Counted from the first letter of the stretch, positions 9,566 through 20,079 are shown. The stretch: DNA of 51,343 bases from Pseudomonadota bacterium (GCA_004193325.1 SEDW01000004.1:1-51343); one strand, 5' to 3'. Numbers and translations: made by a program. The notes: generated by a model not told the origin, from the letters alone.

Positions 9566-10576
9566 ATGCATCGCAACTGGCAAGACCTGATTACACCGAA
9601 TAATGTTGAAATTGCCGCATTGACTGATACATACGGCAAGTTTATAGCGAAGCCTCTTGAACGGGGATACGGTATAACCCTTGGTAACTCACTTCGCCGC
9701 GTTTTGCTGTCCAGTATATCTGGCGCAGCTATCGTAGCAGTTCGCATCGAAGGTGTGGAACACGAGTTGAGTACAATCCAAGGTGTAAAAGAAGACGTTA
9801 CGGATATTATTCTTAACTTGAAGCAAGTTAATATCCGCTATCTGGGTGAAAACGACGCACGTATTACGCTCAAGTCTAACGGCGAAGGTGTTTTGCGAGC
9901 TGGTGACATCCAAGCAAGTAGCGATGTAGAAATCCTCAACCCTGAGCAACATGTTGCAACGGTTGGTCCTGATGGTCGTCTCAACATGGAGATGATTGTT
10001 CGTCACGGACGTGGGTACGTTTCTGCTGAGCAAAACCGGACAGAATCGATCCCAGTGGGATATATCGTAACCGATTCTATCTTTGCACCGGTTCGTAGGG
10101 TCGCGTACAACGTGTCCAACGCCCGTGTAGGTCAAATGACCGATTACGATAAATTGACACTAGAAGTGTGGACAAATGCTGCTGTTCGTCCGGATGATGC
10201 GCTAGCTTATGCTGCCAAAATCCTTAAAGAGCAGCTCACGATCTTCATCAACTTCGACGAGTCAGAAGAAGTCGAGAGCCGTAGCCTTGATACACCAATC
10301 GAAGCGCGTCCTCAGTTGAACGAAAACTTGTTCAAAACTGTTGACTCACTTGAGCTTAGTGTACGAGCTGCAAACTGTCTCGAAAATGCCAATATCAAGT
10401 ATATCGGTGAGCTTGTAACGAAAACTGAAGCAGAAATGCTTAAGACCAAAAACTTCGGTCGCAAGTCGCTCAACGAAATCAAAGATATCCTGGCTGAGAT
10501 GGGACTCTCACTTGGTATGAAGATTGATGGCTTTGACCCATCTATGTTGAGACAAAAAGAAAACGAAAGTAATTGA
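9566..10576 (+). CDS. rpoA: RNA polymerase alpha subunit
   Basis: [39 protein letters not shown]. Confidence 0.99.
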   Translation: MHRNWQDLITPNNVEIAALTDTYGKFIAKPLERGYGITLGNSLRRVLLSSISGAAIVAVRIEGVEHELSTIQGVKEDVTDIILNLKQVNIRYLGENDARITLKSNGEGVLRAGDIQASSDVEILNPEQHVATVGPDGRLNMEMIVRHGRGYVSAEQNRTESIPVGYIVTDSIFAPVRRVAYNVSNARVGQMTDYDKLTLEVWTNAAVRPDDALAYAAKILKEQLTIFINFDESEEVESRSLDTPIEARPQLNENLFKTVDSLELSVRAANCLENANIKYIGELVTKTEAEMLKTKNFGRKSLNEIKDILAEMGLSLGMKIDGFDPSMLRQKENESN

Positions 10577-10594
10577 AGGTAGAAGAGGCAAAAT

Positions 10595-10984
10595 ATGCGA
10601 CACAAGCATGGATACAGAAAACTCGGTGTAGACTCTGCTCACCGTAAAGCGATGTTACGAAACCTCGCAACTTCGCTGATCACACATGAACGCATCACAA
10701 CTACTGTTCCACGTGCGAAAGAACTTCGCAAAGTAGTTGAGCGTATGATCACTCTCGGCAAGAAAGGTGAACTCTCTCACCGTCGTGCTGCTGGTGGATA
10801 CCTTTTCGAAAAAGATGCAGTTGCTAAGGTCTTCGGTGATCTCGCTACTCGCTTTAAAGATCGTAAAGGCGGTTACACTCGCATCGTCAAAAGAGGCGTT
10901 CGCGCTGGTGACAATGCAGCTCTCGCTTTGATCGAATTCGTAGATTACGAACTCGGCCAAAACAAAGAAGCTCCAAAAGCTTAA
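10595..10984 (+). CDS. rplQ: 50S ribosomal protein bL17
   Basis: MRH....RKLG..SAHRKAM, TT..RAKE, GGYTRI, R.GD.A. Confidence 0.99.
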   Translation: MRHKHGYRKLGVDSAHRKAMLRNLATSLITHERITTTVPRAKELRKVVERMITLGKKGELSHRRAAGGYLFEKDAVAKVFGDLATRFKDRKGGYTRIVKRGVRAGDNAALALIEFVDYELGQNKEAPKA

Positions 10985-10991
10985 TTTTCTA

Positions 10992-11020
10992 AAGCCCACC
11001 TGTTCAGGTGGGTTTTTTTT
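10992..11020 (+). terminator. Intrinsic terminator closing the ribosomal cluster
   Basis: CCCACCT-GTTC-AGGTGGG followed by T8. Confidence 0.9.
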
Positions 11021-11073
11021 GCCCGCTTTTTAAGCAAAGACGCAGTGATATACTTTCCATACGGAGGCATATC

Positions 11074-11490
11074 ATGAAGCTCTTTATCGCCATTTTCTCG
11101 GTATTCATGTGCTTTAGTTGTCGCAGCATGCAGACTCTCACAGATGGGTTTGACACCTGGAGCTTTGCGACTACTGGCGGCACGGTCTTTGGAAGCCCCT
11201 TTCAAGTCACAACTAAACAACTCCATTTTGATACTGGTGAATTATTCGGGAAAGATATTGTTCTTGAGGGCAAAGTTGAGTATTTCGGCGCAGCTTTTAC
11301 CCACCTTCTTCTAGCAGATAAAGAAGGCAAGGTTCTGGTAGTAACCACGGAACTCCCTGAATCCTATAAAGAATTTAAAGATGAGCAGAATCCCAAGATT
11401 CGAATACTTGGTCGTCTGGAACGAGGCAAAAAGGGTCTACCCTATTTAATGGCTCGTGCAGTGGACACCGTCGAGCATTCGGCTCGTTAG
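11074..11490 (+). CDS. Putative lipoprotein with OB-fold-like beta domain
   Basis: ATG behind GGAGG; MK-hydrophobic-FSC signal; pattern GKDIVLEGKV...LLLAD...KIRILGRL; extended -10 TGaTATACT at 11046-11054. Confidence 0.6.
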   Translation: MKLFIAIFSVFMCFSCRSMQTLTDGFDTWSFATTGGTVFGSPFQVTTKQLHFDTGELFGKDIVLEGKVEYFGAAFTHLLLADKEGKVLVVTTELPESYKEFKDEQNPKIRILGRLERGKKGLPYLMARAVDTVEHSAR

Positions 11491-11572
11491 AACAAATCTT
11501 TCAGAAGATCGGAAATCTAAGGTATATTTGAGCTTGGCGCTGCCTCGGCGGCTGAACAGGGGATGCCAGCTC

Positions 11573-12664
11573 ATGATCTTGTTTTTTTACGTTCTGAAAG
11601 ATTTTATTAAGTACGTAATTGGAACTCTTCTCCTCGTCGTTTTCCTATTCCTCCTCTTCGACTTTATTCATAAAACCACGCGATATATTCCCCGTTATAA
11701 TCCAAATGCTAACCTGCTCATTAAGTACTACATCTACTTTATCCCAAATTTGATTGCTCAGGCTTTGCCAATTGCATCCCTGCTCTCGTCCGTTGTCACC
11801 ATGGTTCTCTTGAGCCGGACCAACGAGATTACGGCTATGCGGGCTGCGGGTATGGGGCCTTTACGTCTAGGACTGCCGATTATTTTTGGTGGTTTTATGA
11901 TGTCGGTCCTATCAATTTTCGTTGGCGAAATTGTTCTTCCTAAAGCAGCTACACGCATGCATTTCATCGAAGATGTTCAGATTATGCGAGGGTCCGAAAC
12001 GCAAATCACCGAGGGTGCCCGTTGGGTTAAGAATGCAAATGCTCTCTATAATTTTCGCGACTACGATCCAATTACCAACGTCATGACCGGTGTTCGGGTG
12101 ATCGAGACCGGCGAAAATTTTAGGCCGAAACGCAGCATGGAGGCTCGCCTCGCCACCTTTCGCCCGGATCAAAAAGATTGGCTTTTGGAAGATGTGAAGA
12201 TTCTCTATTTTTGGCCCAAAGGAACTCTTTCCTATTCTGAGAAAAAGGAAGTGATAGCAGTCAGTATTCCTGTTGAACCCTCTAAGCTTAAACGCGAGCG
12301 CCGCGTTCCTGCAGAACTTTCATCACAAGAGCTCATGGACGCGATTAAGAAGGGTTCAGATTCCGGTATGGACGTGCAGAGTTATCGCGTCGATTTTCAT
12401 TCCAAGATCGCGCAGTATTTTGCCGCTTTTGTCGTTTGTCTCATTGGTCTGAAGTTTGGATATAAATCAGAACGCACGATGGAGACTGCGCGCGGTATTC
12501 TCGTCGCGATATTTATTGGAGTGAGCTACTGGGTGATAATGAGTTCGACTCGAGGACTGGCTATAAAGGGTATTGTCCATCCGATGATTACCGCCTGGGC
12601 GGCAAACTTCGTGATTTTTGGAGTATCGGTCTGGAATACCCTCCAAGGCAGAAGAAAAGCCTGA
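11573..12664 (+). CDS. LptF/LptG (YjgP/YjgQ) family LPS export permease, LptG-like
   Basis: ALPIASLLS, L...NEITAMRAAG, 3+3 TM layout, AWAANF near the C-terminus. Confidence 0.9.
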   Translation: MILFFYVLKDFIKYVIGTLLLVVFLFLLFDFIHKTTRYIPRYNPNANLLIKYYIYFIPNLIAQALPIASLLSSVVTMVLLSRTNEITAMRAAGMGPLRLGLPIIFGGFMMSVLSIFVGEIVLPKAATRMHFIEDVQIMRGSETQITEGARWVKNANALYNFRDYDPITNVMTGVRVIETGENFRPKRSMEARLATFRPDQKDWLLEDVKILYFWPKGTLSYSEKKEVIAVSIPVEPSKLKRERRVPAELSSQELMDAIKKGSDSGMDVQSYRVDFHSKIAQYFAAFVVCLIGLKFGYKSERTMETARGILVAIFIGVSYWVIMSSTRGLAIKGIVHPMITAWAANFVIFGVSVWNTLQGRRKA

Positions 12665-12667
12665 GGA

Positions 12668-13366
12668 TCACTCTCCTAGAAATAGGTTTGTGACTTCTTT
12701 GAAATCAAGAGCCAACGGGTGGTGGCCTTGAGCAGGCTTAGGGTCTCGCATGAGCTGACAGGTTTTCATTCCTGCATTTTCAGCGGCATCGAGCTCTTCC
12801 TTTATATCAGACAGAAAAAGGATATTTGCAGCGTCCAGCCCAAGTTTTACAGCAATGTTAGTGTAAGATTCAGCTTCGCGCTTATGCCCTACGGCTGTAT
12901 CGAAATTCGCTGCGAATAAAGGCGTGAGGTCACCGGCTTCCGAGTGCTTAAAGAGTAGCTTTTGCGCTTGGACGGATCCAGACGAGTAGACCGCCAGGAC
13001 AAGGCCCGACTTCTTCCATTTCTCCAGTTCCTCCTTCACTTCGGGGTAAACGTGACCCAAATAGGCTTTTGCTTCAAAGCCTTCCTTCCAGATCATACCC
13101 TGTAGTTCTTTAAGACTGGCTTTCTTGAGGTCTTCGTCGATCCATTTTTGAAGCAGCTGAGTGACTTGAGCAGCATCTGGTTTGCTGCCCTTGGGCTGTC
13201 CTAGATCCTCAGTCCATATTTGGTCGACAATTTTTAAAACGTCGGACTGATTGTTCTCACTCAGGAAGCGAAAGAAGTTGGCTCTCGAGTAAGGAAAAAG
13301 GACTTTGTGCACGAATTCGATTGAACTCGTGGTGCCTTCAATATCAGTCAAAACACAGCTAATCAT
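12668..13366 (-). CDS. mtnC: Enolase-phosphatase E1 (acireductone synthase), methionine salvage
   Basis: HAD motifs LTDIEGTT..I.FV..VLFPY, LKELQG.IW, YSSGS..AQKLLF, LFLSD. Confidence 0.96.
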   Translation of the reverse strand: MISCVLTDIEGTTSSIEFVHKVLFPYSRANFFRFLSENNQSDVLKIVDQIWTEDLGQPKGSKPDAAQVTQLLQKWIDEDLKKASLKELQGMIWKEGFEAKAYLGHVYPEVKEELEKWKKSGLVLAVYSSGSVQAQKLLFKHSEAGDLTPLFAANFDTAVGHKREAESYTNIAVKLGLDAANILFLSDIKEELDAAENAGMKTCQLMRDPKPAQGHHPLALDFKEVTNLFLGE

Positions 13367-13375
13367 AGGGCCACC

Positions 13376-13900
13376 TTAGTAGGCTGGATTGTATTTTTTG
13401 TCGACGCCCGAGCCTGTGTAGTTCGGTACCCAACCGGATTGATCGATGAAGACACGAATAGCCTTCACGAAAGGCGTCGGACCAAGGTCGAACCAATGGG
13501 TCGTATTGGCAGGAACGCTGAGCAGGTCTCCTGCCCGGCAGGTCACCGAGAAAACCTCTTCGCCAATGTGAAACCAAAAGATGCCCTCACCGTCGACGAA
13601 GAATCGAATCTCGTCTTCCGTATGGGTGTGCTCGGCAAGGAATTTGTTGCGGATCATATCGAGATTCGGCGTTTCGCTATGAACATTGATTACGTCAGCC
13701 GTCTGATAACCGCCGCGCTCCATGAAGGGTTTTAAGTCTTTCGCATAGGCGGCAAGCACTTCGTCCTGGGTCGAGGTTGGGGCCAGTACTTTCTCCGCTT
13801 TCCAGCGATCATGCCATATCCCACGCGATTCCAAGAAAGATTGGATTTCTTTGAAATTATCGATAGTTATATTTGCGTCTGGAATTTTTAGGACTGCCAT
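13376..13900 (-). CDS. mtnD: Acireductone dioxygenase
   Basis: Cupin motif KFLAEHTHTEDEIRFFV.G.G, GDLLSVPA.T.HWFD. Confidence 0.96.
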   Translation of the reverse strand: MAVLKIPDANITIDNFKEIQSFLESRGIWHDRWKAEKVLAPTSTQDEVLAAYAKDLKPFMERGGYQTADVINVHSETPNLDMIRNKFLAEHTHTEDEIRFFVDGEGIFWFHIGEEVFSVTCRAGDLLSVPANTTHWFDLGPTPFVKAIRVFIDQSGWVPNYTGSGVDKKYNPAY

Positions 13901-14190
13901 AGGAGCTCCTTTGCATTAGCGAACACTGACCGTTCTAGGGCTAGCAGATTTATGTGGATAACTCGAGGAAATTTCAATCCATCACTCAGCCTACACGGAT
14001 CCTCATCTTATCGGAAACGGATCGGCCATGGTTGAGAAAAAGCAAAGGCGCTTTTGGTGTTTTGCAAGGCCTTAGAACTACCTCAAATGTATTAAAGGTA
14101 TCAAAGTGTTGCGTTGGTTCGTGGCTTTCGGATATCCTGAATTTATCCGGCCTCTCCCTTCTAATCGAGCCATAAAATAGGTCAAAAGAG

Positions 14191-14219
14191 TTGACTTTAT
14201 TTGGACTGCTTGATAAACC
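14191..14219 (+). promoter_or_regulatory. Putative sigma70 promoter of rimP operon
   Basis: TTGACT-N17-TAAACC with TG extension. Confidence 0.5.
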
Positions 14220-14266
14220 CTAGGGCGTGCAAACCCGTTTGTACAAATCAATCATGGTTTTCTTTT

Positions 14267-14305
14267 GCCTTGTCACCGTGATGGTGGAAGGGCTTTTTTA
14301 TTTTT
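14267..14305 (+). promoter_or_regulatory. Terminator-like leader hairpin before rimP
   Basis: GCCTTGTCACC-GTGAT-GGTGGAAGGGC then TTTTTTATTTTT, ending 11 nt before the rimP ATG. Confidence 0.65.
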
Positions 14306-14316
14306 GGTTGGAATTT

Positions 14317-14775
14317 ATGGATCGCCATCAGCGCGACAAAATAGTTGAGCATATCAATCCCCTCATTCTTCCTTTGGGCTATGAATGCCTTGAAGCCGAT
14401 TGGGACGGCTCCGATAACACCTTAAGGATCTTTATCGATCAGCCCGGTGGCATCGTGATGGAAGATTGTTTGAAAGTGAACAGCGTCCTCATCGAAGACG
14501 AAGCTCTCGATAAGCTTGTGATGCGCGATTATCGCCTCGAAATAAGCTCTCCCGGAGTCGATCGTCCTTTAAGGACTTTAGAACACTTCCGAAGCGTGGT
14601 AGGTCAAAACATCCGAGTTCACCTTACTGAAAAATATCAGGAACGTGCAAACGGTGTGGGCAGGCTGGAAGCCATAGACGGCCAGGATTCTTTTTCAATG
14701 AATATGCCATCTGGCGCTTGGACTTTTCCCTTTAAGGCTATCCGTAAAGCAAATCTAATGTTTGAATGGAAGTAG
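14317..14775 (+). CDS. rimP: Ribosome maturation factor RimP
   Basis: LRIFID..GGI..EDC, Y.LEISSPG.DRPL; ATG 14317. Confidence 0.95.
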   Translation: MDRHQRDKIVEHINPLILPLGYECLEADWDGSDNTLRIFIDQPGGIVMEDCLKVNSVLIEDEALDKLVMRDYRLEISSPGVDRPLRTLEHFRSVVGQNIRVHLTEKYQERANGVGRLEAIDGQDSFSMNMPSGAWTFPFKAIRKANLMFEWK

Positions 14776-14850
14776 CCATTTTGTCCTAAGGTGTAGGGAT
14801 TAGTCCATTCCACATCAATCTTTTGACCTTCCCATAAGGATCGACAGACG

Positions 14851-16422
14851 ATGACTTTACTCGACAGCAACGAAATTGAATCTGAACTACGCAAGGTCAT
14901 CTCGACTGTTAGTCGTGATAAAAACCTGGATAAAGCTGTCATCATCGATGCTTTGCAACAAGCTGTTGTTCATGCGGCGCGCCGTAGCCTTGGAGCCACA
15001 GCCGACCTTGAAGCTCATTACAATGAAGAATCTGATGAGATTGAACTCTATCAGTTCCGCACTGTTGTTGATGACGATGACGTCGCTAACGAGAGCATTG
15101 AAATCAGCATCGGCGACGCTACGAAGCTCGACGCTGAAACAGTTCTTGGCGACGCGATCGGTATCAAGCTCGATACGACTAAGTTTGGGCGTATTGCAGC
15201 TCAGTCGGCTAAGCAGATTATCGTACAAAAAGTACGTGATGCGGAACGCTCGCAGATATTTGATGAATTTAAAGACCGCAAAGGCGACATCCTTTCCGGT
15301 TATGTACGTCGTTTCGAAAGAAACGATATCATTGTCGACCTTGGTCGCACAGAAGCTGTCATTCCTTACAAGGAACAGGTTCCTACTGAAAAATTCCGCG
15401 TGAAAGACCGCATTCAGGCTTATGTTACTGACATTAAGCGCTCGAGCCGTGGTCCACAGGTGGTTATGTCCCGCGCTCATCCTGGTTTCCTCGTGCAGCT
15501 CTTCAGTCAGCACGTTACCGAAATCTATGATGGCGTTGTAAGCATCGAAGCCGCTGCTCGTGATCCAGGCTATCGTTCTAAGATTGCTGTGTATTCCCGT
15601 GATAGCACGGTTGATCCGGTCGGCGCATGCGTCGGTATGAAGGGGTCCCGCGTTCAGGCTGTTGTGAGCGAACTCAACGGCGAAAAAATCGACATTATTC
15701 CATACGACCATGATCCAGCCCGTTTGGTTTGTAACGCACTTGCTCCAGCAGTCGTTAGCAAAGTGATCGTGGATGAAAACATGCACGGCATGGAAGTCAT
15801 TGTGGCTGATGACCAACTCTCGCTTGCCATTGGTAAGCGCGGTCAGAACGTCCGTTTGGCTGCTCAGCTCACCGGCTGGAAGCTAGATATTAAGAGTGAG
15901 TCTTCAATCGAAGAGAAAATGGCTGGCGCGAAGGATCTTTTGACAACAATCAAAGGTCTGGACGAAATGATGGCAGAGCTTTTGGTTCAAGAGGGGTATA
16001 CAACTCCTGCTGAAGTCGCTGCTTTGTCACCACGCGCGCTCAATCGACTTCTCAACATGGAGCACGACCAGGCTCTGTCGTTGATTGAAAACGCTCAAGT
16101 CCTTGCTGATATGGTCGCTCAAGGCAAAGCCGAGATTAAGAAGCCAACGGTCCGTGACGATTTCCTTGCGAACTCTTCCGCCGCGCCCCTTACTCTTGAC
16201 AATAAAGTAGAAGACTCTCAAATTAGCGAACGAGTAAAGATCTTTCTGGAGCTGTCTGGTGTTGGTGAGGCTTCGGCCCACGCGCTCGCTGACGGTGGCT
16301 ACGTCACAATAGGTGATATTGTCGCTGACTCGGCTGAGGAAGTTGCTCAGAAGACAGGGTTGTCTATCGGGGTTGCTCGTACCATTCAAATGGCTGCAGA
16401 TCGTTACCTACAGTCCGAATAA
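14851..16422 (+). CDS. nusA: Transcription factor NusA with C-terminal acidic/HhH repeats
   Basis: FGRIAAQ.AKQ, ARDPG.RSKIAV, DPVGACVG.KGSRVQ, LSLAIGKRGQNVRLA. Confidence 0.99.
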   Translation: MTLLDSNEIESELRKVISTVSRDKNLDKAVIIDALQQAVVHAARRSLGATADLEAHYNEESDEIELYQFRTVVDDDDVANESIEISIGDATKLDAETVLGDAIGIKLDTTKFGRIAAQSAKQIIVQKVRDAERSQIFDEFKDRKGDILSGYVRRFERNDIIVDLGRTEAVIPYKEQVPTEKFRVKDRIQAYVTDIKRSSRGPQVVMSRAHPGFLVQLFSQHVTEIYDGVVSIEAAARDPGYRSKIAVYSRDSTVDPVGACVGMKGSRVQAVVSELNGEKIDIIPYDHDPARLVCNALAPAVVSKVIVDENMHGMEVIVADDQLSLAIGKRGQNVRLAAQLTGWKLDIKSESSIEEKMAGAKDLLTTIKGLDEMMAELLVQEGYTTPAEVAALSPRALNRLLNMEHDQALSLIENAQVLADMVAQGKAEIKKPTVRDDFLANSSAAPLTLDNKVEDSQISERVKIFLELSGVGEASAHALADGGYVTIGDIVADSAEEVAQKTGLSIGVARTIQMAADRYLQSE

Positions 16423-16460
16423 TTGGGACACCTAGGTGAATATTGGGGGACTCTTAACGA

Positions 16461-19400
16461 ATGTCAAAAATTCGTGTCTATGAATTAGCTCGTGAACTCA
16501 AAATCGAAAGCAAATTGCTGGTCAATAAGCTGAAAGATTTGGGCATCGAGGTGTCGAGTCATCAAAGTACTTTGAGCGCAGATCAGGTTCTTAAGATAAA
16601 GCGTGAGCTTTCATCTTCGGGAGGATCAAGCGAAGGCAGTACTGTGAGTGCTGCTCCTCGTACGAGTCCGTCTGTCATACGTAGACGTCGCGGTGCTGAT
16701 GAAGCAGCCGAATCTACTGATGGAGGGAGCGAGGACAATCTCGCTGCTGGGCACGAAGACGAACCAGCACCGATGGTGGCTGAGGCCCCCCAAGTTGCTG
16801 CCGCTCCTGCTTCTGCACCGGCAACAGTCAGAAGAGAAAAAGCCAAAGAACCTTCAGTAGCCAAAGAGTCTACGGTGGCTGCGAAAGCAGAGACGCCGAA
16901 AACCGCCGCTCCTGAAAATATAAAAGCCGTTCAAGATCAAGAGGCTCCTAAGGCCGAGATCCCAGCGAAAAGCGTACAGGTACAGGAAGTTTCTGTCAGT
17001 GCGGAGCCAGTGGCCGAAAAGCCGGCGCCAACACTAGCTCGCGAGAACGCAAAGACAATTCCAAGTCCTGCACCGGAGTCTCGATCTATGTCTCGCCCGC
17101 AAGAGAATTACGATTCGGCGAAAATCGTCCGACGTGAGCCGTTGGCACCACCAACGCCTCCTCCTGCACCAACACCGGTGGCGCCTCCAAGGCTCCAACC
17201 AAGTGGTGCTGCTACGATTATTCGTCGTGCTAGCCCAGAGGAAATGGAACAACGCCAGCAGTTGCAGCAGCAACAGGCGCAAAGTCGTTCTGCAAATCCA
17301 AGCCCGATCATTCGCGTTGGCGCAGGCGGACACCCAGGTGTTCCAGCTGGCGGTGGCCCGATTCGTCGTGATGGACCACCTCCTCGTCGTGAGGAAGGCG
17401 GACGTCCTCCTTTCGGAAGCTCAGGCGGCAATCGCAGCAGTAGCAGCAGCGATCCTATCTTCAGAAAACCGGTTGAAGCTGAAGTTTCAACAGGTCTGAC
17501 AGACTCTCCAGCTCGTCGCTGGGAAGATATTACGAAATCGAAAGATCGCGATAAGAAGAAACTTACTGCAGCTGAAGCAGAGCAAGAAGCAGCAGCTAAG
17601 AAGAATCCTAAGATTCGTCGTGATCAGGTCAATATGCGTTCTCTTCTCGACCAAGTGGCTTCACTTGAAGCGGAAGAGGCAGATCCAGGTATCGAGGTCG
17701 CTGAGCTTCCCGTCGAAGTCGAGAAGATCAAGCGTACCGTTTATACCCCTCCGGGAATGGGTCAAATTCAACACGGCAGCAGCCGCGGTGGATCGGGTGG
17801 TCGTAAAGATCTTCGTCGTCGTAAAGACCTCAAGAAGACTCAGGTCACAACTCCTCGTGCCGCTTACCGTATTGTAACGATGGGTAACTCCATCACAGTC
17901 GCGGAACTTGCAAAACAAATGGCGGTTAAAGCCGCTGAGATTATCAAGAAATTGATGATGCAAGGGATGATGACGACCTTGAATCAAGCTATCGACGTTG
18001 ATACAGCGACCTTGTTGGCGACTGAGTACGGCTTTGAAGTCAAAACAAACATCATTACACTCGACGATATCCTAACTGAGAAACGTAAAGCTCACGAAGG
18101 CGCTGAGTTTGTGGAACGTCCTCCGATCGTTACTATCATGGGTCACGTCGACCACGGTAAAACTTCGATCCTGGATGCTATCCGTAAAGCGAAGGTTGCT
18201 GCATCGGAAGCCGGCGGAATCACTCAGCATATCGGCGCATACACAGTTGATAAAGACGGCAAGCGTATCGCTTTCCTCGATACACCGGGTCACGAGGCTT
18301 TCTCCTCGATGCGTGCTCGTGGTGCCAAGGCTACCGATATTGTTGTCCTCGTAGTTGCAGCTGACGACGGTGTCATGCCTCAGACAGTTGAAGCGATCTC
18401 GCATGCTCGCGCAGCGGGTGTGCCGATCATCGTAGCTATCAACAAAATCGATAAACCTTCGAAAAACCTCGACCGCATCAATAGCGAGCTCGCTGAGCAC
18501 GGTATTCAATCGGAAGAGTGGGGCGGCGAGAACATCTTTGTTAAGGTGTCTGCACTCAAAGGTATCGGTATCGACGAACTCCTCGAAGCCATCTTGCTTC
18601 AGGCTGAAGTTCTCGAACTCAAAACTCCTCTCGATGTTCCTGCATCGGGTGTCGTAGTCGAAGCCCACCTCGACAAAGGTCGCGGTCCGGTCGCAACGAT
18701 CATGATTCAAAAGGGTATTTTGAAAGTCGGCGACTTCGTGGTTGCAGGTACTTCTCTCGGCCGCGTTCGTGCGATGCACGATCAGACCGGTAAGCGCTTG
18801 AAAGAAACTGGCCCATCCACTCCAGTCGAAGTTGTAGGTCTGGCATCAGTACCTATGGCTGGTGATCAGGTTGATGCGGTTGAAGATGAGAAAACCGGTA
18901 AGGAAGTTGCGGACTGGAGGATCGATACTGAGCGTCTTAACGCTTCGACTCGTTCATCGGCTGCCACTCTTGATCAGCTTCTCGCTAAGGTTAAAAATAC
19001 GGAAACTCCAGAAGTTCCGATCATTATCAAAGCCGATACCCAGGGTTCGGTTGAGGCCATCAGCGAAGCGATTCTTAAGCTTAACAGCGATCGCGTACGT
19101 AACCGTATCGTCCACAAGGCGGTTGGTGGTGTTAACGAATCTGACGTCTCGCTTGCAACAACCTCAGGTGCCGTCATCATCGGCTTTAACGTCCGTGCCG
19201 TCCGCGGCCTAGACGAACAAGCTGAGAAACAAGGCACATTGATCAAGTACTTCTCAGTAATCTACGACATCGTTGATGCACTGAAATCGGTCATGGCGGG
19301 TAAACTCCCTCCAATCCAAAAAGAAGTTATCTTGGGTCATGCTGAAGTTCGCGCAACGATCAAGGTTCCAAAAATTGGTCTTGTCGCAGGTACCTCGGTA

Positions 19401-19619
19401 CTCGACGGTAAGATTACTCGTCAGTCGCATCTTCGCCTCATCCGCGAAAGCGTCGTTGTCTTCACAGGCCGCGTAGGTTCCCTCCGCCGCTTTAAAGATG
19501 ATGTCCGCGAAGTGGTTCAGGGTTATGAATGCGGTATTGGCATCGACGGATATTCAGATGTTCGTGAAGGTGACATTATCGAGTCATTCATCATCGAAGA
19601 GCATGCAGCAGTCCTTTAA
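16461..19619 (+). CDS. infB: Translation initiation factor IF-2
   Basis: RVYELAREL N-terminus; GHVDHGKT, DTPGHEAF, NKID; long low-complexity N region. Confidence 0.99.
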   Translation: MSKIRVYELARELKIESKLLVNKLKDLGIEVSSHQSTLSADQVLKIKRELSSSGGSSEGSTVSAAPRTSPSVIRRRRGADEAAESTDGGSEDNLAAGHEDEPAPMVAEAPQVAAAPASAPATVRREKAKEPSVAKESTVAAKAETPKTAAPENIKAVQDQEAPKAEIPAKSVQVQEVSVSAEPVAEKPAPTLARENAKTIPSPAPESRSMSRPQENYDSAKIVRREPLAPPTPPPAPTPVAPPRLQPSGAATIIRRASPEEMEQRQQLQQQQAQSRSANPSPIIRVGAGGHPGVPAGGGPIRRDGPPPRREEGGRPPFGSSGGNRSSSSSDPIFRKPVEAEVSTGLTDSPARRWEDITKSKDRDKKKLTAAEAEQEAAAKKNPKIRRDQVNMRSLLDQVASLEAEEADPGIEVAELPVEVEKIKRTVYTPPGMGQIQHGSSRGGSGGRKDLRRRKDLKKTQVTTPRAAYRIVTMGNSITVAELAKQMAVKAAEIIKKLMMQGMMTTLNQAIDVDTATLLATEYGFEVKTNIITLDDILTEKRKAHEGAEFVERPPIVTIMGHVDHGKTSILDAIRKAKVAASEAGGITQHIGAYTVDKDGKRIAFLDTPGHEAFSSMRARGAKATDIVVLVVAADDGVMPQTVEAISHARAAGVPIIVAINKIDKPSKNLDRINSELAEHGIQSEEWGGENIFVKVSALKGIGIDELLEAILLQAEVLELKTPLDVPASGVVVEAHLDKGRGPVATIMIQKGILKVGDFVVAGTSLGRVRAMHDQTGKRLKETGPSTPVEVVGLASVPMAGDQVDAVEDEKTGKEVADWRIDTERLNASTRSSAATLDQLLAKVKNTETPEVPIIIKADTQGSVEAISEAILKLNSDRVRNRIVHKAVGGVNESDVSLATTSGAVIIGFNVRAVRGLDEQAEKQGTLIKYFSVIYDIVDALKSVMAGKLPPIQKEVILGHAEVRATIKVPKIGLVAGTSVLDGKITRQSHLRLIRESVVVFTGRVGSLRRFKDDVREVVQGYECGIGIDGYSDVREGDIIESFIIEEHAAVL

Positions 19620-19654
19620 GAGGAATGCTCGAGCAAAATTAAAAGGCTATGGAC

Positions 19655-19696
19655 GGCCCTCCCCGCGCGCAAGCTAGGGAAGGGTTTTCCTTTTTT
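19655..19696 (+). terminator. Possible intrinsic terminator/attenuator between infB and rbfA
   Basis: GGCCCTCCCC...GGGAAGGGTT followed by TTCCTTTTTT. Confidence 0.5.
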
Positions 19697-19716
19697 AAGT
19701 GCATGAAAGGATTCTT

Positions 19717-20079
19717 ATGGGTCTCAGAAAAGACCAACTCGCTGACCAGATCCGAGACATTCTCGCGATGAACTTCCAAGGTGGACGTTTGAGCGACCCT
19801 CGTCTCGAAGGGGTTACGATTACAGCTGTTAAGCTAACGGCTGACCTTCAACAGGCAACCGTTTTCTATAGAACTTACAATGACGCCGATGGTGTGCCGG
19901 CCATGAAAGGCCTGACCTCCGCTGCTGGCTTTTTGCGTAAGAGCCTAAGTGAAGCTCTCGACGTTCGTCGAGTTCCTGAACTCTTCTTCAAATACGACAA
20001 GAGCATCGAGTATGCGGGTCGAATTGAAACGGTTTTGGACAGTATTCACAAAGAAAAGAAAGACTCTCAGGAAGACTGA
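19717..20079 (+). CDS. rbfA: Ribosome-binding factor A
   Basis: DPRL..VTIT.V.LT.DL..A, AAGFLR, R.VPEL.F.YD.S. Confidence 0.96.
   Translation: MGLRKDQLADQIRDILAMNFQGGRLSDPRLEGVTITAVKLTADLQQATVFYRTYNDADGVPAMKGLTSAAGFLRKSLSEALDVRRVPELFFKYDKSIEYAGRIETVLDSIHKEKKDSQED

Noticed and set aside
13901-14190. Possible SAM riboswitch upstream of mtnD, and a 73-aa ORF at 13954-14175
   Set aside because: No SAM-I/II core motifs recognised on the minus strand; the ORF has no SD or recognisable motif
16600-17860. Pro/Ala/Gln/Gly-rich low-complexity region of IF-2
   Set aside because: Long disordered N-terminal regions are normal for IF-2; no discrete DNA repeat array
14887-18779. Long antisense ORFs inside nusA (309 aa) and infB (235 aa)
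   Set aside because: Expected mirror frames of codon-biased, highly expressed genes
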